This document shows, piece by piece, positions 1 through 6,611 of a stretch of DNA of 15,165 nucleotides; within the stretch, counting starts at the first letter, position 1, and every line of letters begins with the position of its first letter. Source of the stretch: Thermodesulfobacteriota bacterium (GTDB lineage: Bacteria > Desulfobacterota > Desulfobacteria > Desulfobacterales > SURF-7); contig JBMORA010000037.1 of assembly GCA_049320885.1 (NCBI GenBank), forward strand, positions 1 to 15,165. The letters are read 5' to 3'. Under the pieces are notes generated by a model that saw nothing but the letters and a program-made list of their open reading frames with translations, made no database searches and was not told the DNA's origin. Position numbers and translations under genes: made by a program.

Positions 1-78
1 GGGCCGGATGGCCCGGATGATCACCGGTAGACCGTTTTTAAGGGTTTCTTGCGCCGCATAATTTTTCGTTTCGTTCAT
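1..78 (-). CDS. 5' end of probable GNAT-family N-acetyltransferase (runs off window start)
   Basis: Not in the ORF track. The minus strand from ATG at 78 reads MNETKNYAAQETLKNGLPVIIRAIRP, resembling the 'L(K/R)xGxxVxIRxIRP' N-terminus of Pat-like GNAT domains. GAGAGG RBS at 93-88. Confidence 0.6.
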   Translation of the reverse strand, partial: MNETKNYAAQETLKNGLPVIIRAIRP

Positions 79-371
79 TAAAGGGAGCCTCTCATTTGAT
101 TTGGGCCTGAATGGCGGTGATGGCGACTCATGTGGCTCACCCTGCATTTTTCATGGACAGCTGTTGTGGTTGGTTACGGGGATCCTTTTTGTTATCTTAT
201 AGTATCTTGTGCTGGATTATTCAATAAAAGACTGAAGTGTAACGGCTATTGCATTCTTTGGGTCATCCGTACGGATGGCAACCACGTGAATTCCCGATGG
301 TCATCCGGTAATCGCTGGCCTTTTGTATTGACATGCCCAATGAAATAAGATTGTAGTATAATGCTACCTAA

Positions 372-725
372 ATGCCAGTGGAAAGACATCCGGCCTTCCA
401 TCCGAATTTCGATAAGCGTGAATTATATGTGGGCCTTCAAAACCACAAGACGGGAATTCATTACAATTTCGACACAATTTCGACGATGGCCGCGGCTGTG
501 GCGGCCGTTGATTGGAGCCGTCTGCAAAAGACTTCCATGGCCGTTGAAAGAAAAGAGGACTACTATGAGCAGGCCATGAACAATCAATTCATCTGCCGGA
601 TCAAAAACCGCACGCCCATTGAAGGACTGTACCTGGCAAGCGCCTGGGGATATCCCGGCGGCGGGTATGAAGGGGTGATGCGAAGCGGGCTTGAGACCTT
701 CCGGATGATTGTTGAAAGCGTATAG
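372..725 (+). pseudogene. C-terminal remnant of phytoene-desaturase-like NAD(P)/FAD-dependent oxidoreductase
   Basis: The last ~55 aa (YEQAMNNQFICRIKNRTPIEGLYLASAWGYPGGGYEGVMRSG) match the family C-terminal 'TPIxGLYLxxxxxxPGGG' motif. There is no N-terminal GxGxxG Rossmann motif and no room for a ~500-aa protein upstream. Confidence 0.7.
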
Positions 726-780
726 CAGACGTGGTTTTCAGCTGGAATAAGGACAGTTTATTATAACCCGGAGGATTATC

Positions 781-1551
781 GTGGAATTCTCACTCAATCA
801 GTTGGAAAAAAAGGATCACATCGGCATCGTCACCTTCAACCGGCCGCCGGCCAATTCCTGGAGCCTGGCCGCCATGGAACATTTTGAGAGCATCCTGGAC
901 GAAATCGAAAACGATCGGAATATCCGCGCCGTGATCCTCACCGGTTCCGGCAGCAAATGCTTTTCCGCCGGTTTCGACGTCAGCGATGCCGCCAACGGCG
1001 ACAAGTGCGGCGTCAAGGGTCAGGAACTCTGGACCCGGGTGGACAGGTTCGCCAAACCCGTCATCGCCGCCATCAATGGTCACGCCCTGGGCGGCGGCCT
1101 GGAGCTGGCGCTGTCCTGCCATTTCCGCATCATGGTTGACAATCAGAAGGCCGCGCTCGGCCTCACCGAACTGAACCTGGGGATCATCCCCGGCTGGGGC
1201 GGCACCCAGCGGCTCATGCGGGTGGTGGGCAAGGCCAAGGCCCTGGACATGATCCTATTCAGCAAACGCCTGGGGCCGGCCGAAGCCTTGGAAATCGGCC
1301 TGGTGAACCGTCTGTCCCCCCCGCAAAACCTCATGGCGGACGCCCTGGAGCTGGCCGGCGTCCTGGCCAAACGTCCGCCCATGGCCGTGAGCTGGGTTCT
1401 CAAGGCCATGACCGCCGGAATCTATGATGGATTGGATGAAGGCCTAAAGATCGAGCTGCAGGGCACCCGGGCTGTCTCGAAATCCAGGGATGCGGTGGAA
1501 GGGTTCACCGCCTTTTTCGAGAAGCGCGACCCGGTGTTCACCGGGGAATAG
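781..1551 (+). CDS. Enoyl-CoA hydratase/isomerase (crotonase) family protein
   Basis: Motifs FSAGFDV, KPVIAAINGHALGGGLELALSC, ELNLGIIPGWGGTQRL and the EG..AF.EKR.P.F.G tail. GTG start with GGAGG RBS at ~770-774. Confidence 0.95.
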   Translation: MEFSLNQLEKKDHIGIVTFNRPPANSWSLAAMEHFESILDEIENDRNIRAVILTGSGSKCFSAGFDVSDAANGDKCGVKGQELWTRVDRFAKPVIAAINGHALGGGLELALSCHFRIMVDNQKAALGLTELNLGIIPGWGGTQRLMRVVGKAKALDMILFSKRLGPAEALEIGLVNRLSPPQNLMADALELAGVLAKRPPMAVSWVLKAMTAGIYDGLDEGLKIELQGTRAVSKSRDAVEGFTAFFEKRDPVFTGE

Positions 1552-1563
1552 GTGCGTCCCCGG

Positions 1564-1585
1564 GCCGTCGTGGGAAAACGGCGGC
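1564..1585. terminator. GC-rich hairpin between convergent genes
   Basis: GCCGTCGT-gggaaa-ACGGCGGC (8-bp stem with one G-U pair) 12 nt after the crotonase stop. No U tract. Confidence 0.3.
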
Positions 1586-1667
1586 GGTCGCATACGGGAA
1601 AACGCTTTGCGGCGTCTTTACAACCAGGTTCCGGGAAGGCTGAAGCTGAACGGCGGCAAAAAGCGGA

Positions 1668-2291
1668 TCACTGTTTTTCGGTTTGGAAGCCGGCATATCC
1701 TTTTTCAAACGCGGATTGCCGGGATCGGATGTCGCTGACCAGCATGACCAGATCCGGCGGGGGGCTTTTCCCCTGACGGAAGTCGCAGAGGGAATCATAG
1801 AAAGAGACCGCGCTGGAAAGCACATCCCGCTTTGTCTCCACCAGGCGCTTCAGTCCGTCGTTTTCAATGGTCGTTTCAAGCCTGGACAGTTGTTGTCGGC
1901 AATGCCGGGCCGCGCCGGCCATGCTGGAGCATACGGCGAAACCTTCCGCGGACTCCAGCCATTGTCGCGAATGCTGGCGGGAGGCCACAGCTTCCACCTG
2001 TTGAAGCAGGGTTGAAAATGTCGCATATTCATGGCTTTGTTCAAATGTCCGCACGGCGGTGTCAAATCGCGCCAGTTCGTCCTGCCGGGGGGCTCCGTCG
2101 GAAGTCCCGTCTTTGCTGATCCGGGGCGGAGGCGGAGTGTCAGCGGATGGCTCGACAGGGTTGCCCGGAACGCCCGCATCTCCCTGCACCAGATGGAGGG
2201 AATCGTTGGTCATGGCCTCCATGGCCGTTTCCCCGGGGCAGGGGAGTCCCATCATCCCGATGGCCAGGATCATCATTCTGGCGATTTTCAT
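1668..2291 (-). CDS. Secreted hypothetical protein (signal peptide; alternative start 2327)
   Basis: MKIARMMILAIGMMGLPCPGETA looks like a signal peptide. It is followed by AMEAMTNDSLHLVQGDAGV, a Pro-rich linker and a predicted helical domain. Co-oriented downstream of the LuxR gene. Confidence 0.6.
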   Translation of the reverse strand: MKIARMMILAIGMMGLPCPGETAMEAMTNDSLHLVQGDAGVPGNPVEPSADTPPPPRISKDGTSDGAPRQDELARFDTAVRTFEQSHEYATFSTLLQQVEAVASRQHSRQWLESAEGFAVCSSMAGAARHCRQQLSRLETTIENDGLKRLVETKRDVLSSAVSFYDSLCDFRQGKSPPPDLVMLVSDIRSRQSAFEKGYAGFQTEKQ

Positions 2292-2362
2292 CCCGTTTCC
2301 ATTCCGTTTCAGTACCAGCGGTTTCATACGGACCTATTTCAGTACAAGCCCAGCCGAAAAGC

Positions 2363-2406
2363 AATATGGAATATTTATGGAAAAAATATGGAAAAAATAT
2401 CCATAT
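2363..2406. promoter_or_regulatory. Phased TATGGA repeat array / putative operator
   Basis: TATGGA at 2365, 2376 and 2387 (11-bp period) plus inverted TCCATA at 2400. 2386-2406 is ATATGGA-N7-TCCATAT. Confidence 0.55.
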
Positions 2407-3887
2407 TATGAGATGGCGGCCAGATAGGTTTTCAGGTTGATCTTCTGGTTTTTAATGCCGAGTTTTTTCCGGATATTGTCGCGGTAGGTGTGGATCGTGC
2501 AGGGGGCTACGCATAGCAACTCACTAATTTCCTTTGTGGATTTACCTGTTTTGATAAAATTGGCCACCTGGAATTCCGTGGGGGTCAGTTTCAGATACTT
2601 GTTGCTCAATCCCCGGGAGAAGGGCGAAATCACATCGTTCAGGTTGGCCTCCAGAATGTCCAGCCAGTTGGTCTGGCGCTTGTCGAGCTGACTGCCCTTG
2701 AGCGAGTCGATGAGGGGCATGATCAGTTCATGCACATTGGCGAGGATGTTTTCCTCGATTTCCGCCTGATCCTCATTTCTGCGTTTCACCAGGACCTTGA
2801 GGGCCGTGTTGGCCTCTTCCAGATTCAGGGTTTTCAGCTCCAATTCATGGTTCATCCGGGCCAGATCCCGGGTCCGCTGTTCCACGCGCTTTTCCAGTTC
2901 CTCGTGCAGTTTCATCAGCCGGGATTCGGCCTGTTTTTTCTTGGTGATATCCCGGGCGATCCCTAGAAACGTGTTGCGACCATTGATTTCAACCGGATAC
3001 GTATTGATCTCGACGAAAAAGGTTTCGCCGTCCTTGCGGCGCAGGGTATACTCCACCGGTCCGGCGGGCTGGTTGCGGACACTCCGCTTGAAATGATCCA
3101 CGGCTTTCGGCAGCTGATCCTCCGGCAACAGGCCGACCTGGAAGATGTCTTTGCCGAGCAGTTCCTCCTTTTCAAAGCCGCTCAGTTTCACCGCCGCCCG
3201 GTTCACGGCGATGATGGTTCCATCCGGATCGTTCAGATAATAGGCGTCCGGGGCATACTCGAACATGATATTCAACCGTTCTTCCGAGCTTTTCAGATTC
3301 TGCTCGATCTGGATCCGCTCGCTGATTTCCTGGTTGAGCTGCCGGTTGACCGCAACCAGTTCCCGGGTGCGCTGTTCGATCCGTTCCTCCAGTTCCGCAT
3401 GGATGAGCCGCAGGTCTTGTTCGGCTTTCTTGCGATCATCGATGTCGCGCAGCACCCCTTCTTCCCGTTTAAAGCCGCCGTTTTCGTCGAATTGCATGTG
3501 GGAATTGAGTTCCACCCAATGGACGGCGCCGTCCTTGGAACGGACGCGGAACTGCATGCCGCGGGTCCATTGGCGATGGGTCGCCGCCGACTCCAGGAAA
3601 GAGACAATGACCTTTTCCCGATCCTCCGGATGGATGAATTCGGAAAAGTCGCGTCCGATCACTTCCTCCACCGTAAAGCCATAGAATTCAGAAGCCGGGA
3701 GGTTGACGGCCGTGACCTTCAGGGAGGTGTCGATGGAATAAACGACATCCGGGATGTTCTCCACCAGGTAGCGGTATTTCTGCTCGCTCTCCTGAAGCGC
3801 CTCTTTCGCCTGTTTCAGTTCGCTGGACTCCTGCTCCAGATCCTTGAGCCGCTGTAGCAGTTCTTCATAGGTCGGTTTGTTTTCCAT
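2406..3887 (-). CDS. PAS-PAS-LuxR HTH one-component transcriptional regulator
   Basis: Two PAS/PAC domains (IHPEDRE...RDIDDRK; YTLRRKDG...ARDITKKK), ELE.R.EQRT coiled coils and a C-terminal LuxR HTH (LTPTEFQVANFIKTGKSTKEIS...TIHTYRDNIRKKLG). Start re-called to ATG 3887 (MENKPTYEEL) with GAGGAG RBS at 3899-3894. Confidence 0.92.
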   Translation of the reverse strand: MENKPTYEELLQRLKDLEQESSELKQAKEALQESEQKYRYLVENIPDVVYSIDTSLKVTAVNLPASEFYGFTVEEVIGRDFSEFIHPEDREKVIVSFLESAATHRQWTRGMQFRVRSKDGAVHWVELNSHMQFDENGGFKREEGVLRDIDDRKKAEQDLRLIHAELEERIEQRTRELVAVNRQLNQEISERIQIEQNLKSSEERLNIMFEYAPDAYYLNDPDGTIIAVNRAAVKLSGFEKEELLGKDIFQVGLLPEDQLPKAVDHFKRSVRNQPAGPVEYTLRRKDGETFFVEINTYPVEINGRNTFLGIARDITKKKQAESRLMKLHEELEKRVEQRTRDLARMNHELELKTLNLEEANTALKVLVKRRNEDQAEIEENILANVHELIMPLIDSLKGSQLDKRQTNWLDILEANLNDVISPFSRGLSNKYLKLTPTEFQVANFIKTGKSTKEISELLCVAPCTIHTYRDNIRKKLGIKNQKINLKTYLAAIS

Positions 3888-3897
3888 GAACAGCTCC

Positions 3898-3981
3898 TCA
3901 GTAGCCGTCCAGGGCGTTGCGGGACATGACATGGTACCCGGTATTCTGATCCGGGACGACCATTCTGGCGATTCGGGGCAT
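3898..3981 (-). pseudogene. 27-aa N-terminal stub resembling REP-associated tyrosine transposase (RAYT / Y1_Tnp)
   Basis: Not in the ORF track. Reads MPRIARMVVPDQNTGYHVMSRNALDGY*, matching the RAYT N-terminal 'MPRxxR...YHVxxR' pattern. GGAGG RBS at 3994-3990. Confidence 0.7.
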
Positions 3982-4038
3982 AGTCGGGGCCTCCATGGTT
4001 TTCATCCGATTCAGGAAATTATCACAAACGATGGGCCA

Positions 4039-4064
4039 ATGCCAGTACACAAATCGACTGGCAT
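4039..4064. terminator. Stem-loop after kinase stop (terminator or REP-like element)
   Basis: ATGCCAGT-N10-ACTGGCAT, a perfect 8-bp inverted repeat 7 nt past the kinase stop codon. Confidence 0.45.
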
Positions 4065-4071
4065 GTATTTT

Positions 4072-6057
4072 TCATTCTTGTTCCAATAGTTGTTGGACGG
4101 CGGCGGTGAGATCCGCAAAAACAAAGGGCTTTTGGAGAAAAACTTGAAAATCCTGTCCGAGCCGTGCGTTCTTCATAACGAAATCCTCGTCGCAACCGCT
4201 GGCAAGAATCACTTTGATATCAGGGGAGAGTTTGGACAAGGCCGCCATCGTTTCCCAACCGTTCATATTCGGCATGACCAAGTCGCTGATCACGAATCGG
4301 ATTCTATGTCTGTTTCGTCTAAAAATTTCAATTGCATCAACGCCGTCTTTGGCAATAAGGACAGTAAAGCCGAGGCGTACGAGCATGTTTGTGGTCAATT
4401 GGCGCTGTACTTCCTCGTCTTCCACAAGGAGCACCGTGCCATCCCCTTTACATTCCGGAATCGTGGATTTTGGACGGAACGGCTTGTTAATTTTTTCGCC
4501 GGACATGGGGAAATAGATCCGGAAAATACTTCCCCGGCCGATTTCGCTATCGACCGCTACTGCCCCGTTATGTGTGCGCACGATGCCCAGGGTCACCGGC
4601 AGTCCAAGCCCCCGGCCGGTGAATTTGCTGGAGAAAAACGGGTCAAAAAGATAGGGGATGTCTTTGGGGGCAATCCCGCAGCCGTTGTCCATCACTTCCA
4701 GGAAAACATAGGGTTGGTCTTGGGGTTGCCAGTCGATGGGAAATCGATTCAACGCCGGAATATCCGCCGCAGGTGTTACGTTGACGGCCAAATGAATGCT
4801 GCCGGGATTGTTGCCGATGGCCTCCCATGAATTGGTGATCAGGTTGGACAGTATTTGTCGAATGTTGTTCGCATTGGCATAAATGACCGGTCCCGGAACC
4901 GGGAAGTCGGTCTCCAGAGCGATGTTTTTCGGTATGGCCACCTGGATAACCGGCAGGCTGCGGCTGCAAACATCGGAAAGATCCAGGGCTTCTTGTGTGC
5001 TGGTTGTTTGTCCGAGATAGGTAAGCAGGGAACTGCATATACTGGCAGCTTTCTGAGCCGCCTGCATGGCCTGGGTCAGGTTTGCGGCGGTATTCCCATC
5101 GCGAGGCAGGTCTTCCATGGCAAGTTCCAGATTTCCCATCACTGCTTGAAGTTGGTTGTTGAAATGATGAGATATCGCTCCGGCCATACGGTTCAGACTC
5201 GCCGCCTTGTGAAGTTGCTGAAGCCGTTCCTGGAAAGCGTTCCTTTCTTCTTCTGCTTTTTTGCGATCGGTAATGTCATGGGCATAACCGGTGGTGCCGA
5301 TGATGATTCCCTCTCGGTTGCACACAGGGGTTTTATGGGTTTCAAACCATCGTGTCACCCCCTTGTCAACAATCGGTTCCTCTATTGTGGCAGTCTTCCC
5401 CGTCTTCATGATATCGAAGTCATCCCGGCGGTATTTCTTTGCCAGATCCGCCGGCCAAATATCCAGATCCGTTTTACCGATGAGTTCCTCCGCATTGTAT
5501 TTTTCGCAGGAGGCGGCGAAGGCCTGATTGACAGCGAGAAACCGGCACTCGAGGTCTTTCAACCAAACCAGTCCGGGCAGGTTTTCAATGATGGCGGAAA
5601 GGTAGGACTCGCGCTGATGAAGGGCTTCCTCCATGTGTTTGCGAACTGTGATTTCATTGACGATATGGATGGCGCCGCAGTAACGGCCGGATTCATCCAG
5701 GAGCGGATCGGTGGTGACTTCAAACCAATTGGCCCCCACCTGGAGTTCCATGCTTTCACGGCTCAGGCTTTCCCGGGTTCTCAGGATCGGGCATCCGGGG
5801 ATGGGGGCCGTCGTGCCATGCACGATTTCCCAGCAGTGCCTGCCGAGCATTTCCCGACGGGAACGCTGAAACACTTTTTCCGCCGTTTTGTTCGATCGCA
5901 GGATGATGTGATCCGGGTCCAGAATCCAGATGACGCTGTTGATTACGTCAAACAGGTGCTGCCATTCCCGGGCGGAGCGGACCAAATCCTCTTCCGTCGT
6001 TTTGCGATCCATAAGCGGATTTCCTGCTGTGCGATCCATATCCGGCCTTTCAACCAA
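4072..6057 (-). CDS. Hybrid sensor histidine kinase/response regulator (PAS-PAS-HisKA-HATPase-REC); start may be ATG 6039
   Basis: H box AGAISHHFNNQL, N box NLITNSWEAI, G1 DNGCGI, F box FDPFFSSK, G2 GRGLGL. Receiver VLLVEDE...SDLVMPNMNG...ASG...KPF. Cytoplasmic, no TM segments seen. Confidence 0.93.
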   Translation of the reverse strand: MVERPDMDRTAGNPLMDRKTTEEDLVRSAREWQHLFDVINSVIWILDPDHIILRSNKTAEKVFQRSRREMLGRHCWEIVHGTTAPIPGCPILRTRESLSRESMELQVGANWFEVTTDPLLDESGRYCGAIHIVNEITVRKHMEEALHQRESYLSAIIENLPGLVWLKDLECRFLAVNQAFAASCEKYNAEELIGKTDLDIWPADLAKKYRRDDFDIMKTGKTATIEEPIVDKGVTRWFETHKTPVCNREGIIIGTTGYAHDITDRKKAEEERNAFQERLQQLHKAASLNRMAGAISHHFNNQLQAVMGNLELAMEDLPRDGNTAANLTQAMQAAQKAASICSSLLTYLGQTTSTQEALDLSDVCSRSLPVIQVAIPKNIALETDFPVPGPVIYANANNIRQILSNLITNSWEAIGNNPGSIHLAVNVTPAADIPALNRFPIDWQPQDQPYVFLEVMDNGCGIAPKDIPYLFDPFFSSKFTGRGLGLPVTLGIVRTHNGAVAVDSEIGRGSIFRIYFPMSGEKINKPFRPKSTIPECKGDGTVLLVEDEEVQRQLTTNMLVRLGFTVLIAKDGVDAIEIFRRNRHRIRFVISDLVMPNMNGWETMAALSKLSPDIKVILASGCDEDFVMKNARLGQDFQVFLQKPFVFADLTAAVQQLLEQE

Positions 6058-6293
6058 TCAGCCTGAAATTATTCCTTTCCTTGCCATAGTAACACGCAAA
6101 AAACATACCGGTTGTCAATGCCCGTTGTTTTTATGTATATTCAACCTGTTGAGATGATTTGGATTCGTTCGGGACGGGCCTGTTGACAATTATTGTTGTT
6201 TTCGGGGACAAAATATGGACGATGAAGCTGCTGCCAAACTTCCATCCGGGGGTATACAGAAGCAGAAAGCAATCCTGACGTTTTGCAAACAAA

Positions 6294-6322
6294 TTGACAA
6301 AAAAAGATCGATTTGCTAATGT
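6294..6322 (+). promoter_or_regulatory. Putative sigma70 promoter upstream of chemoreceptor
   Basis: TTGACA(6294-6299)-N17-TAATGT(6317-6322) with extended -10 TG at 6314-6315. Confidence 0.45.
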
Positions 6323-6543
6323 TCCGACATTCTATTCGTTTTCCGGTTCTGGTTTCCGCTTTCGTTCTTATCCATGAACAATCAAATGATATTGCATGAT
6401 GTTCCCTTGAAACAACCTGGAATCCGCTGAATAATGGCGATCCCGGATATCTCGGATACTCCGAGGCCGGCCTACCATTGTGGTGTTTCCGGAGCGATAT
6501 GGCCGCATCGCTCCGGTCTTGGTGGCCGCTTACCATTTCACCG

Positions 6544-6570
6544 CAAATCCAATATGGGTTCAACCGATAG
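6544..6570 (+). promoter_or_regulatory. Putative sigma28 (FliA) promoter
   Basis: CAAA(6544-6547)-N15-ACCGATAG(6563-6570) versus consensus TAAA-N15-GCCGATAA, ~40 nt upstream of an MCP start. Confidence 0.6.
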
Positions 6571-6611
6571 CGGATCATCACTATCCAGTGTCCATGCCAG
6601 GAGGATTGGTT

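Noticed and set aside
328..362. Sigma70 promoter from TTGACA (328) and TATAAT (357)
   Set aside because: The spacer is 23 nt, too long for the two hexamers to form one canonical promoter.
4855..6066. Long antisense ORFs (403 aa here; also 3093-3857, 4090-4830, 7541-8263, 7866-8732, 10120-10749)
   Set aside because: They are shadows of well-supported genes on the opposite strand, typical of GC-rich codon usage, with no recognisable motifs.
6086..6118. Minus-strand sigma70 promoter for the kinase (TTGACA...TACTAT)
   Set aside because: The spacer is 21 nt and cannot be supported as canonical.
6420..6600. Known cyclic dinucleotide riboswitch (GEMM-I or ydaO) upstream of MCP
   Set aside because: Only a short CGCTGAAT match. 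The conserved tetraloop/receptor and downstream motifs are not found by eye.
6480..6611. N-terminal extensions in the ORF track (MCP from 6480; also LuxR from 3932, integrase from 12858, permease from 10184, 11541 ORF)
   Set aside because: Downstream ATGs have better RBS and/or family-typical N-termini, and several extensions overlap promoter, repeat or neighbouring-gene sequence.
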